A stretch of DNA of 64,000 bases, taken from assembly GCF_037042905.1 (NCBI RefSeq), contig NC_087246.1:57164001-57228000 (forward strand), given 5' to 3'. Both the position numbers and the translations under genes were made by a program. Positions 25,001 through 39,176 of this stretch are shown one piece after another. The notes under the pieces are model-generated. The model saw nothing but the letters and a program-made list of their open reading frames with translations. It searched no databases and was not told the origin of the DNA. The stretch is from Lytechinus pictus (Eukaryota). Each line of letters starts with the position of its first letter. Position 1 is the stretch's first letter.

Positions 25001-28000
25001 TTGAAATGAATTGAGACTTGCTTTGTTGTTGTTGTTGTTATTGATGTATCTTGATTATTTATCATTTTTATGGATATATACAAACCCAATATTCAACATA
25101 TTCTTCTGTTTAATCGAATGAATAAAGATATTAATCAACGTAGCCAAGATCATAAACTCTGTCAAGAAAGTACGATGGTCAAATTAAATCCGATGATGAA
25201 AATATTATAACGAAAACAGAGAGTGCGGAACAGTCTTAGGACCAATACATTTCGGCCATGCCTAACATAATATACCACACCACATTTTTCTTTTGTCGTT
25301 ACACGCTACCATAGATGCATTTTGGCTAGAAACTTGAATGATTAGCTCAGATGCTAGACTCCACCATCACGCCTGTCTTCCACCGATCATCAGTTTGCCT
25401 GACTAGACTCGGAGACAGTGAAATTAGAAGAAATGAGAATCATATATCTACCTTCTCTGCATCTGAATGCTATGACATTTCAATTAGAGTTCACAAATCA
25501 GTTCAGCGAGCAGGAAAATGGGTTTGTCGGATAGATATCTTAACGAAAGAATACGTTATTTAGAAAATATCTATGTAAAAGAAGGATTTAGCAAAAATAT
25601 ATAAAAACTAATAAGTATGCTTACTTTATCTTTAGATAGTAATATTAATAACATTATCAAAATTAATCATATTAATGACAAAACGAAAGTTTAAAGTACT
25701 ATACTTTGTTTAATTTCCATTTTTTTTAAATCAGATTGTGTCAATTAAGTACAGTGTGGACTCAATTTGAACTTTAAATGAAGGTGACGATGAGAGAAGT
25801 CGCAAAGTGCATTCTCTCTTGTTAATGGCACGTGCGGGGGTAATTCATTTGCGTCAAAATAAAAAACTTGTTTTTCATATTTTCATACACATGTAGCCAA
25901 GGTTAAGCGGGGGACAAACGGCAAATTGTATACGCAAGAATGTGTCAAAATTAAACATCCGGCATTCTACTTAATTCTCCCCTCGAACTTCCAAACGTGT
26001 CTATTTTATTAGCAACTGTTACCGAACGAGTCCGCCCGTCCGCAAAACTCATCAACCACACATGTCTAATAAGCACGGCCTTAATGAAACATTTCCGATG
26101 CCTTTCTGGGACTCAACAAAGACCAAGTTGTTGAAAATGGACAGTCAGTCAGAGATGCTGCCCAGAAAAAAAAAAGAAAACGGGTTAGCGGTTTTTAGGT
26201 ATCTTTAAAGGATTGATTGGATGAAATAACAACACGAGCGATGCGGTGGTAGAGTGGTAAAAAGATGACTGTCGATGAGGGCTCGTGCTGAAATATTTGG
26301 GGGTAGACAAGAAGCAGGAGAATCAAGTGGGCCTTCATGTAACAGGCCTCAATCAAGACAAGTTTTTAGCCACCACTGGCGCGCGCCGGTTGTATCCATA
26401 TATGGTCATGCTTGCTCCCGACCCACGTGCCTCTAAAACACACACCATACCTTCACTCTTTCTCTCTTCTCGACTCCCCCTCTTCATTTTTCTTTCTCTT
26501 TCAAGTACTTTCGTTCTCCATCTTCTCCCAACCAAGCAGCAGACGCTCACAAATTGACTGATGCCGAAGTATGACTGCTTTTTATCATCCCCTTCTAAAA
26601 TAGAAAGCCGAAACCGAAAGGATGAAAATAAAAAAGCAAGGACTGTTTGACAGACGCTGATGTACAGTTCATGTCACATTTACTTCGCAGATATCATCTT
26701 TAACATTGCGACGGAAAGACGGTTTTTCATTTCACATTAACAACGTCTTCAAGCTTTCCTTTTATTTTTTTGTGACCATCGACTGTGCAGCGATCTACCA
26801 GTCGCTCTCCCTCACAATGTTTTTAATGTCAGCAGCGGGTATGAAACGGGACACTATTAGAAGATCTAAATCTCTCCTCTTCTTAGTTGATGAACATTCT
26901 AAAAATACTCGATGATATTTATTTGATCCGATTGATAACATTTCTGCGTGACCTTTAAGTGATGAATGCAGATCTTGGCTATTGCATTTGACATCGACTA
27001 ATTGAAAGAAAGCGAGTAATTAAATATGACATCGGTTTAAAGGAGGTGAAAGTTTGCACACCCTGACTGACTTCTACTTTCTTCTTTTCTAAAATATCCG
27101 CATGTTATCATTATTCTTTGCATTTTTCGTGCTAAATTGAAAAAAATATTCCTGTAGAAATTTGTTTAAGGTCAAGATTCGATCGGATGACCTCAAAGTG
27201 GGGGTCACAACTTTGCTGAGCCTCTGCACACAAACAGTGCCCACATGACAAAGATTTACAGGGTCACAAGAACAGAATAAAAACAATCAAGAGACAAACA
27301 ATCTAAAAATGAATGTAACCAGCGTCTTCGTTCAAGAATTCCTTGACATTGACGTAGAAGAGAACAAATGGAAAATAAGTAAGATAAAGAGGGGGGTGTA
27401 GACAGGGGAGGAAAGATAGAAGAGAGAAGAAAGAGAAAGGGAGGGGTAAATCGTTGTCTCTGGTGGATTATTGGTGGTATAACATTTCTATGAAAAATCA
27501 TTAGGGATTGACATCGAGAAGTTTGGGGATCGTGGGTAAACGACAGGGGTACATGGTTACCCCCATCGGACGAAGATCGGCTAATTGGTATAAACTGATC
27601 TGTCTCATCCTATTTGTATTTGAATAACTAAAAGGTCTTATAATCAGATGGAGATTTTAACATATCATTCTCTTCATCGAGAAGGCTCTATTTGTCTTCA
27701 GTAAATCTTAGCCTTTAGAGGAACGTCAAACTTATGATGGGGTCTGGGAATTAAACTTGTATCTGTATGGTGCGGAAAAACTCTTGTCAGAACGTTGTTT
27801 AATGTCCTTTGCCGGGCGTGTGGTCTTTCCCCATCCATTGAGCTTTTAAGAACATTATCGTATCATCACATTTACTATGTTAACAAAAAATTGTTTATCA
27901 CCCATATTTGTTATGTTCTTGGTCAGCATTTTCCACGTTTTGCTGCACAAATCATCACATTGTATTGATTTTATCAATAATTACATGAATGTAATTATAA

Positions 28001-28360
28001 TCCTTAAATCCCTGTCCTACTAACCTCCCGATCCACAACCGATGTTTAAAAAAAAAAGAGACTAAAAATCAAGCGACGCCGTAAACCAAGAAACTTCATA
28101 CAGATTAATCACGGACCGGGCATCCAAACGTCACTCCTCAATTTGTATTTGACGTGTGCCTGATTAGCTTGACACACATGACATTATGACCTTCCAATTT
28201 AGCCCGACTCTTTTCGTATACCGTAGGGGTCACAATGGACTTTCAGTTCCATTCATAATTTTCCTCGTTTTCTCTTCTTTTTACCCTCCTCTTCAACTCA
28301 ATTCGACCTGACGCGCAGCATCACAGGTGGTAGTCAGGTTTTCAGACAGACTTTCATTCA

Positions 28361-28600
28361 GTAGTAGCCTCAGTGGTAGTAAAATGGCTTTTCATTTCGC
28401 TTTTAGTTTATCTCTCCAATTTTTAGCGTAGGCATTCGCGTACCTTAAAGGGGGGGGGGGCAGGTTTTTTTAAGAAGAAAAAAAGAAATCATTAGTAGCC
28501 TCATTAGTACTTTAAGGCTTTCACTTTCATTTCGCTTTTTATTAAATCTCTCAAATTTTCAGCCTAGGCGCTCGCGTACCCGCAAGGGGGGGGGGGGGGA
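28361..28600. repeat. Imperfect tandem duplication of about 130 bp, each copy ending in a poly-G run
   Basis: TAGTAGCCTCA...TTTCATTTCGCTTTT...TAGGC..TCGCGTACC + G-run occurs twice. Confidence 0.6.
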
Positions 28601-31600
28601 GAGTGCCCCCTGACAGAATTTTGATTAACTAAAAAATATTCTTGAAAAGTTTATGTCTCTTTCTGCAATGTTTTCCAGACACGCTATTAAGTGAGATTGT
28701 TGCTCTGTTTTTTTTTATGATTTCATCCAACGTGTCCAACGGATAATATTATTTTCATGCGTCATTTAATGGTTGTTTCAACTATTTTGAAACTAATAAA
28801 CTTGAAGTTTATACGTACCATTACTTTCGTCCCAAATGCTTTTCTGAATAGTGGTTATATGTTACTCCGTTTATACTTCATTTTTTTTTATGTTAAATGA
28901 ATTATGATTAATGGAGTATACAAATAAGAATGAAATACAATTAAGTGAATATTATACTTTTAAACTCTATCGCGATAAGTGTATAGGGCCTAAAATCTCG
29001 ATAAAACAGATTTCTATAATTTTTTAAAAAACTGACCGGAGGTTTGTAGGTGGTCATGCCAAACATAATCATGCTATTAAATAAAATCAAAAGGACCCCA
29101 ACCCCTCTCATCCTCGTATAATTTTCATTTTCTTCTTTTTAAACAAGTTTAGGTATATTTATCTCACCGCGGGAGTTGTGTGTCAGTGGAGGTCGTTAGC
29201 GGCACGCGCGTGTCGGCAGGGCTCACTGTGGTCGCGTGGAGGGGGGAGCGTTACGCGGGATGGCAACTTTCACCAAGTTGACAACTTAAACCTGTTCGAA
29301 TTTTTCAAACGATTATACATGGTTCTTTTAAGGGATTTGGACGTCGGACCTGGATTCGTTACCACGGTTACTCGATGAATACGCTTCAAAATACCACGGA
29401 GCTGCGTTAATAGCTCCATGAATATACTATAAACTTATCACAATAATTGAAGACTTTAGTATGATATGGACACCAATGACACAACTTCGACAGTCTACTT
29501 TTTGTTATTTCCATCCTTTTTTATTTTTATTTATATTCTATTCTGCTATTGTTAAATTTGTATAAAAAAAAGCATATTATTATCATTAATATTATTATCA
29601 TTATTACTATTGTTTTAGATGTTGTTGTTGTTGTTATTATTATTATTATTTCATATTTCCATTTTTTTTTGTGGGCGGGGGGAAGAATTACAACGAATTC
29701 GGGATAAGTGTGTTTGACCCCTAGCGTAATACATGTCTTTATCTCTATACATAACGTAATTACAGCACCCACGCGACTGACAGTTGTCATATGGCGTTAC
29801 CTCCCCTCACCATCTTAATTCAATTCACTATCTTGCTTTATCTAGGATAGTATCTCCCACTACAGGCATTAAAAAGAAATAGGGGCTTACTCCCATAACC
29901 AGGTGGCATTATCTTAATAACGCAACCCGGGGAGGTGGGGCGCAACATCCATTCCTCATCCCTATACGATCAATAGCACCATCTACAAATATTGGAGTAT
30001 AAGGAGTCGTCATAATTTTCTTTTGTTTTAAACTAAACTGCCCCAAAAGAACGATAATATTTTATAGTTTATGTCATTCTCGGTCAAGCATTTATGAAAT
30101 GTCACAGCATGGTCATGCGCAATAGGGGTGGACAAAATGTGGCTCTCGACCCCTCCCCCCGAATAATATTTGAATACTGCATTACTACTGCAAATTTTCT
30201 TAAGGAGAACGAAGGAGCCACGAAGGGGAGTGGGGGTAGACGATAATGGGGAAGATAGATTGAGAGTTAAAAGAAGAGACATTTAATTAAGAAACGTGTA
30301 GCAGTATTTACTTTCTGTTTCTGTTTCTGCCCTCTCAACATGCTCAATATATACGTCACTGACCAAACATGCAGTCCCTTCATGATTCACTCTTTTCATG
30401 GATATAGAGCCAAGAGGATTCATTCGGAGAAGTGAAAGGTAGTGATGACGATTAATATCAAATGAGGTTTGAAAGACTCTCCAAAATTCATGTATCAAAT
30501 TCATACACCGCACCTTGAGGGTGGTAAACTGTTTAGCATTATAGGACAAACGGCAGTTGACAATATCTGAATATGTATGAATGAAATCATAATGTTCGGC
30601 CACTGCTGATAAATCAACAAAGAAAACATGTGTCATTTTTTTCCATAATACTTTATTGGAAGTGTTAGAACAATGACAAAGCCTTGTAGCTTGTATCAAG
30701 AAGCTTTCATGCCTGCTCAGATGTGGTTTCACCCTTTTAAATCTACCTTTTGCCAAAGTGTTGACGAAATGGCATTCCCAGAAGGCTAAGCTTCGTGTAT
30801 CAATACATTTTGGTCTTTAGTTTCAGGAGCTCTGACCCCAATTTGGGGGAGATATTTAAGGTATGAAACCTGCTCTCGTTCATGTACGTCTTCATCCACT
30901 CCCCCCTCCCCTCCCGGAAAAAAAAGAGAGAAAAGCGATGAAAAGGGTGGATACAAAGTGGTAGATGGGGCGTAATGCGGCATTGCATCGGTTAAATACC
31001 GTACGAAAATAGAGCAGAGTAAAGAGTGAGTGGAGAAAGATAGGTCGGGTCGGTTTTCATGAAAGGGGATTTGATAGCTGATGTGGGACAACAAAACAAA
31101 AGGATTCACCGCTACCAGAGTATTTTGACCCCCTTAAAGTGGATCCCCTTTCGGAAAACGTTCAATCCCCCTAGCCATTGCCTCACATGCTGGATATTCC
31201 GTGTGCAACTGCATGTCGCTTGGCACGGGGAACAGTACAATCGACTATATCAGTAGAGAAGAAACAACTAAAGGATCATTATGAGAAGCTTTACTTTATA
31301 GTAAGGATAACGATATTGGATTCTTATACAGCGCTCACTTCTGGTAGATCAGACACCCCTGACTATAGCTCAATATAAAGCGCTTCATCAAGAAAGTGCG
31401 AAACTTCATAACCGTTCGAGTTCGTTATTGACGTAGCCATTTTTAAAATGATAAAATCACAGTTCAACTGGCTGATACAATAAGCAGGTAGGTTGATGAT
31501 AGACCCAACAGGATGGTAAAGCACTGTAAGCACAGGTGTGGCAACGAGAGACACCGTCAAACATGTGAACGACAATTACGAACACGCGACCGTTAGAGGC

Positions 31601-34379
31601 GCCCGCCAAATTTTCTTGGACAAAACACCTTCTTCTTTTCATTTATGCTCAGTCTTTTAAATAGATTTTATTTTATTGGCTTGTCATGTCAAATACATTC
31701 CCATTGCCACAAAAATACATTAAAAGTGTATTTTGTGAGATTAAATTGTAAATAACCAAATATCGATAACGTTTTAAATGATATGTTGTTGTTCGTCCCC
31801 CACCCCCCCCCCCAAAAAAAAAAGTTTTTAGAAAGACTGACTTTGCAACTTTCCTCGAAAGATGCAAAGTCCCCTATAATTTTTCATGATAACAAATGAG
31901 TTTTGAAAATAAAAAAGTACGGTTATAAGAATAATCCATATATTTGCTACATTCTTTCGTTCTATTTTCCCTTCCCCATTTACGTATCTTTCTCTTTTCA
32001 TTTCTCATTTAAAACAATCGTGGATATATTAGTGTCTATCAAAACGAAACTGCAGAGGTGGATGAACAAATAAGATTGCGGGCGAAAGCAAAGCATAAAT
32101 GAAAGCAAATACTGAAATGATGAAATGAAACTGGTTATCAAAAATAAGTAAAACGTTAAATCTACAAAAGAACAGATTTGGGAGATTCATGAAAGTTAGG
32201 AAAAAGACCCAATGAAATTCTTGAAAATGAAAGGAGGGAGAAAACATTGGTAAATCAGGGATATGAATATGGGATTAAAGTAGGGAGTTATAATATATTG
32301 ATTCGATATCAAGATATAGAACTGATGCAAAAGATAGGATGAAGTGCAATACGAACTAAAGAGGCGGAGAAAGGGACAGATACGCAAGCGAACTATAAAG
32401 ACAAGGAAATAGAAATTATAGGAAAAGAAAACTGTATATACTTTAACAGAAAACACAGAGAAGAAAAGTCTGGACGGTAAGGTATTAAAGAAAATAAAAG
32501 GAAAATATACGAACGAAAAAGGGAGATACTGATAGAAGAATGGAAATTAAAAAGGCCAGAAAGAAAGAGAGAAAGAAAAAGAAAGAAGAAAAGAAACAAA
32601 TAGTAAGAACGAGAGAGAGAGAGATGAAGAGAAAGAGAGGGGAGAGGAAGAGGGAGAGACGAATAGAAATGAGGAGCGAGTTAGCACAGTGGTGGAAGAA
32701 GATGATGATGCCCTCGCCAACTTTGCCACGCGACCAAATGCCCAAATATGGTCATAAGCACGGCCACCCGGTTCGGGTAGAGATTGCACAGGAATCTAAC
32801 AGGCCGTTTTTTCTCTCCTGCGATCTACTTACACCTAGTCTCTTTACCAAACCTAACTTATACTCGTTACCGTTAGTTAAAAAGAAAACATAATATTTAC
32901 AGGATAATGTGAGTCGGTTTTTAACAATCAAGAAGCCTTTAAATCGGTCATTGATGATAAAAAACTATCCTGCACCAGCCCATCAAAGTTAAAAAGAAGT
33001 AAATAAACAGAAAGGTCCCATAATAATATATGTTCGAACACTAAACCCCACTAAACCTATAAACTTGAATCTGATAAAATCGGAAAGTAACTATGGATTT
33101 TGACAGTGGAAATGTCGATGTCAAATTATTGATATGGATTTAAAAGATTATGTATAAAACAAATCTTATAGTAAAAGTTCAATTATAGACCAGCAAACCC
33201 CAGCAAAACGAATTATTGATTGAAATGATGTCAATAAAAAAATGCTGGTTTATTTAAGTTAAGCCCAAAGTTATAGTTGGCATGCTTCAGCCCAAATGAG
33301 GAAAGGCACTACAAGAAAAAATATAGAAGAAATTTATATCATTTTATAGGGTAGATTGAAAGTTTAAAGTGTCAGTTCACATTACCAAATGAAAGAATGA
33401 CCCCCTCCCCAACCCCCTCCATACCCCCCTTCTATTGGTCGCGTGAGCCCAGTAGCGTGCCATCCAAACCCAAGACTTCGATAGGAGATTTGATGAGGAA
33501 TTTTAACCAAATCGAAAAGCGAATGGGAGCATACCGCTCCTGCATTTTTACCCGTTTCCCCCTCGGTGGTGAATTCCTTTACGCCCGATCCCAATGAAGG
33601 AATGAAAGGAGAAGAAGGAGGAGGAAGAGGAGAATGAATTATCATGACCATAAGGACAGAGAAAGGAGAGAGAGAGGGGGGGGGGGAGAAGAAGAAGAAG
33701 AAGAAGGGATATTCAACTTGAGAAACAAAAATCGACGTAAACTCCTTTGGGCGCCGAGTGAACGGTTAATCCAAACCTTTCTAGAAAATAAATATTTCGA
33801 GAAGCTTTATGGTTATTATTTTATAGTCTAAACGATGTGTTTATGGTCGAGATGTGCGTTCTTTACAAGACGACATTTTGACGGCCAATCGGCTCAGACT
33901 GGATTTAGTAGCCGTAAGACCATCTGATCGCCTGTTGTGATTTAGAGAGATTACTGGTATTTCATGACTATTTTTTTTTTTTCAAATATCTGATAAACTA
34001 GTCAAATCTTATAAATGGGCACTCAGATGTCCTTATTTTAAACATGTAGTCCTGCTTACTGGACATTTCCATGCAAACGTTTTTTTTTTCAAAAAATAGT
34101 AAGATTTGTAAAACAATGAGCTTGTGTTTGTAAGTTTATCACTTTGAATAAAATTTTGTCAAATTCACTCCCTTCCCGTTATTAATGATTGTACATTGAT
34201 TAATTGTAGGCCCTTTCATAACTTGAAGAATAAGAAAAATAAGAAATTCTATCAAAATGATGCCCAAACTTTATTTCAAACATTCATTAGAATTTTGCAG
34301 AAATTTGAGATATATACGGGTGGGTAAGATAATGTATATAAGATTTATTATGATTACACTTTAACGTTTCAAATGTTTA

Positions 34380-34502
34380 GTGCCAGAGAATAATGTAGAA
34401 GGTGACAAGTTATTAAGTCTATATGGTATGACTAGGGCTGGATTCGAACCAACGACCTTCCCTTTCACGGAGCAGGTGCGCTACCACTGATCTACCATGC
34501 CC
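34380..34502 (-). mobile_element. Degenerate tRNA-derived SINE head in scratch intron 1
   Basis: Minus strand TGGTAGATCAGTGGTAGCGCAC...GGTTCGAATCC followed by GTCATACCA; no complete cloverleaf. Confidence 0.55.
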
Positions 34503-34961
34503 GTTAGCTCATATTTTGTCATATTACAAACATAAAGAAACCTTCAATCGAAAATGAAATTAGTAAGTGTTCACTTTAAGATTTGTAACAGTTGTATACA
34601 ATTAAGGAGGGAAAAGATTGAAGAGATGATTTCTTAAAGTTCGTTTATATTGGTGGCCATCTTGCTCATGGAGATGAGGTTGCTATTAACAACGCGGACG
34701 TCATGCTGACAATTGAACTCATCATCATCATCATCCTCGTCATCATAAGACTTGGCTAAGAGCCCAGGCGAATCATTATTATCTGGCCTGTAAACCTCTA
34801 CCACCTTCTACCAGCAACGACCCATATGAGTATCATCTTCGCGCTCTTAATCACTTTGACCGCTATCTATTTTAAAGTTCTTCCAAGAAAGCTCGGCATA
34901 CAGTGGCAATGACTCGCGCTCACAAGAGACTTCAGGGTGCAATGAAACGGGGGTAAACATG

Positions 34962-35169
34962 NNNNNNNNNNNNNNNNNNNNNNNNNNNNNNNNNNNNNNN
35001 NNNNNNNNNNNNNNNNNNNNNNNNNNNNNNNNNNNNNNNNNNNNNNNNNNNNNNNNNNNNNNNNNNNNNNNNNNNNNNNNNNNNNNNNNNNNNNNNNNNN
35101 NNNNNNNNNNNNNNNNNNNNNNNNNNNNNNNNNNNNNNNNNNNNNNNNNNNNNNNNNNNNNNNNNNNNN
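34962..35169. other. Assembly gap (N run) in scratch intron 1
   Basis: Run of N. Confidence 1.
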
Positions 35170-38100
35170 TAGAAGGAAGGAAGAAAACAGAGAGAGAAAA
35201 GAGTTGAAAACAATTCGCAGATGATGAAAATATTGAATTGATAAAGTTATTAAAGGCCTGGTCGGTTCATCAACAAGTTGATTTAAACAACTATATAAAA
35301 ATGAAACAAGGATAGAACTGAATATTTTAATGAAAAATGAAACTTAAGAGATCAATTTCATAATGCATTCGAATAGAGTATATATTCGGCTTATACTTCA
35401 CTTTTATAAGAATATACCGATTTATAATACATTTTTACTCAGGTGATTACTGCATAAGTTCGGGTTTAGGCATAATAGTGCAGAAAAAACGTTTGATTGA
35501 AAGTTCTTAAAATGGCGAAAAGCAAATAATGGCGATGAATTAAAATTGAAATAGTGTTTCACAATTTCTTGGTCGGAATTTTAAGACAATATTCTAGATT
35601 CATATTTTAAAGGGGACAAATACTTTCTAATTAAATATTTTTTTGCCCGCAGTTGTAAAGGAGAATAAAATGGATAGGTTTTCACAGTTTTATGGATACT
35701 AGGCACGTTTTTGTAACAGTTATTTTTACATCTGATGTAAAATTCTGACATTTAAAGGAGTGTGCGCTTAGCTTGGAGCAGAGGTCTGCCACTGTCAGTC
35801 CAGGTCAAAGTCGGGGCTTCGACTCCCTTGGGAAACGACCTCAACTCGGGTCACAAATACATAACATTCCCAGTCAAAAATCACTTGATATCAACTTAGA
35901 TCCTAGTAAAAAAAAAAGGCAGAAATATCTAGACCGAAAGTGTGACATTCCATTTCACCTGTTTCATATTCAAATAGCATGGTCCATAAACAAGGGGGGA
36001 AAAAGAAAAGAAAACGAGGGATGTTGCGAGGAGGTAGCTTTGCCTATTTCTCGAGGCTTTTTGGTAGCTTTTCACAGGATATTAATGAGAAGTGACGGCT
36101 TATCGAGACGTTTGTGTTATCCTTATTGTGATAAAAATTACGGGTTTTATTTAACTGGGTAAATGTATATTTATAAACAAAAAAAGGTAATGAATAATCA
36201 ATATAGCATCATGATGAAATTCATTTTTCAAACTATATCTGAGCTCTGTATTTTGTCAGTTTTATTCATTAAATTTTCTTTGTGATAATCTAATAAATGA
36301 AGAAGCAAGTCTTGAACTCTAATTCCAACTTTGTAAAAAATGATTCTTGGGATCGGGTACTTTGCAGGTATAAATGCATTTAAGAAGAAATTAAGGCTAA
36401 TGATTTTTTTATGAAACAATGGAACAGGGGAGAAATTTCACCACCACCACCACCTAGAAATAATGACGCAAAGCTGTCGGAATTTCGCGAAAGTGCAGTG
36501 CCGGTTAATCATGGAAATAACTTGCCTATTAGCTTGAACAAAATATCACTAAAGACAAGCCCCCGCCGAGTCGAAACAAGGTTTTAGTCGAGAGAATTGA
36601 GTACAAAGGTGGTTTCACCTAAATCACAACGGTAAAGAAACCCCGTGGGATCTGGCGGGAAAAAAGTGGACGAAAACCCGGAGAAAGATCTCGGATCGTC
36701 TGCACAACAACCCTAACAACATAACGATGCTTAATTCGCTCGTTAGGTCGATTAACTTTGAATTTCTAGAACCGTGAGATGTTAATTTGCTTTCGTATAT
36801 ACTCGGCCTGAAAAACAGTGAGAAAATTGGTAGGAATATGAGTAAGGAAAGACATTGGGAGTAAATTGTTTAAGAAATTTAGACTTTTTTCTTTTGTTTA
36901 TCGGATGGGAGAAAAATCGGTTAGTACTAGCTACCGGGAGTTGTTCTAATGAGTTGAGATGCCAAGTGGTTATAGGACTAACTCCGCGCATCAGTATTTT
37001 TTTTACAATGAATAAGTACAACCTGTTCATGTAAATAGCTAACATGAACTTACATAAAGCTTTATAATCTGATATATCAATACCAGTAATGAATAATAGA
37101 ATGTAGTCATCTCACTGAAGATATTATGAAAAGATGACATATAGATTTGTAAACAAAACAATACTGTCAATTCATTTCACTTATTCACTTCGTATCAGGC
37201 CCTATTATTTTGTTTATGACAAGCGAGTATCTTAAAACTAAAAAAAAAAAAGAAAGATAATGGACATAAATGCGAACGAATTATTCAGTGTTCTGTTTTG
37301 ATTTTAATAATATTACCTTATTGTAACTGTACGAGAATACAAAATAATCAGGTCATTCTCCCTATCAAGAACATTTTGACTGCAGTTGACCGGTAAATCT
37401 GCAATGGTTGTAAGTATGGATTTCAAATGAAGATACAATAAAATTCGTCGAACATTGGGTTGAGTATCGTAAATCAGTAGATTCAAAGATATCAAAGTCA
37501 TCAGCAATAATCAGGTGATAATAGATGAACGATCACATCGTTTTCAGCATTGAATAACATCACTCCCCTAACTTATTGTTTAACCAAACACAAAAAGGAA
37601 ACCTTCGAGCTATCCTTTATTATTGTAATCTTCAAGTTTCTTTTCATTTTCTACCAGTATCTGGTAGAGTTTAAATTCAAAAGGTAATGGAATCCCACAT
37701 GTATTTCAACGGCCTATCTGGAGGGAGTTTCGGTCGCGCGCCATGTGAAAAGACAAACAAAGTTTGGTTGGCTAACCCACATGACCCATGGGTCAACAGA
37801 AGAGGACTGACCATTTGATCGAAGCAATGAAATTGACCGCGATACGCTTGACCACTCGTCCATCCTCATCAGGGAGTCCTTTTCACCAACTTAAAATCTT
37901 CATCAACGGGAGACCTAACTATAAACTGGGGGTAAGAGGAGTCCCTTCCATTCTCAATACAACAAATGAAGCGTGTTACGAGCAAGTTGAAGACCTCGTT
38001 TTACGCTTGATCGCCTTCCCGATGGAGAAATTGTTTTTCAACCTTAATTAGCACAAAATTTTTATTGTACTTTAAAGACAGATGGACCGAGAAGAATTTT

Positions 38101-38576
38101 GGTATCAAATTAAGAAAATGAATCCGAACTAGGAGGTGAATTTGTTCATTTTAGACGATAATTGAGGGAAACTTTCCAGATCACCTTCCCTAATATTGTC
38201 GATCTCAGATTTTTTTTTCTTCTAAATATAGAAGACGAGATTTTGTTCCATGGAAAAGTACACTTGTCGTTCTGAGACAAATAAGATGAAATTCAATTAG
38301 GCTAAAAGTCATGGTTTTAGCACTGTATATAATTACCACAACATATTTTGAAACTAAGCCGTCGGAATTCTTTTCAAGGAGCAAGAAAGTTCACAAATCC
38401 AGTTTTGTTACATCCCACTTTCCTAGTGAACTTGACATGGGGCACTCCAGAGTATAGGGGTATAAAGTACAGAATCAAAGCGTCATAAACATAACTTGCT
38501 GTCAAAATTGATTTAACAAAAAACTAGTTGTTTTTTATTTTTACTGGCGATGATTAAATAAAAGATGAAAACTTAC

Positions 38577-38676
38577 TTTGGATGGCTGTTTCTGCAGAAG
38601 CGGCAAAGCAGTCCCACATGGCAGCCTTCTCCTTGTTCGGCCGGGAGACACGGCGGACTAGGAAAGAGCGAGGCAT
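38577..38676 (-). CDS. scrt: Scratch-family zinc-finger repressor, coding exon 1 (SNAG domain)
   Basis: ATG at 38676 opens MPRSFLVRRVSRPNKEKAAMWDCFAASAETAIQ (canonical SNAG start MPRSFLV). It ends at a strong donor A|GTAAGT in phase 1, matching the phase-1 acceptor of the exon at 22044. Confidence 0.9.
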
Positions 38677-39176
38677 GATGATGCGGGGTGGATGTTGCTG
38701 CAGTTCTAGTACAGTGTATAAGGAATTGTGCTCTTTCTTCTTACTCAATAACTATGATGCAATGTTTTAAACAACTGAACATATAAGTACATTTAATGAC
38801 AATTTCTTTTTCAAAAGAGTTTTTCTTCTCCTCAGTCTGTCCGTGAGATTGGAATGAAAAATGGAATAAACAATATGTGAGAAGTCATACAACTCGGATA
38901 TTGACGGTAGGGATGATATCGAATGTAAGATGATGACGATTCCTCCTGCTTTAAAAGTGATGCGGGGTCGATGTTGCAGTATGGTGGTGGTCTCCAGTGA
39001 CACACACTGACTCACAATAGCGTTAAGGGTAAAGTAAGATGATTCAACACAATCATAATATCAAAGGTGAAATATAGGTTGACTGGAAAGTTGATGATGA
39101 TGATGATGATGCTGATGATGAAGCGTCGTTTTGGAAGAGGAGGAGGATGAGATGGAGAGATGGGCAACAACCGGCC

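Noticed and set aside
32485-32893. K/R/E-rich and F/L/S-rich ORFs here and at 5817-6050, 15415-16513, 47133-47360 and 57199-58457
   Set aside because: Products of purine/pyrimidine tracts and microsatellites.
28322-35963. Scattered CAGGTG/CACCTG sites as Scratch autoregulatory elements
   Set aside because: Few, lacking the extended Scratch flank, and not visibly above chance.
38700-39015. Possible intron in the 5' leader (GTGAGT at 39015, CTGCAG near 38700)
   Set aside because: The acceptor lacks a polypyrimidine tract; cannot be supported without transcripts.
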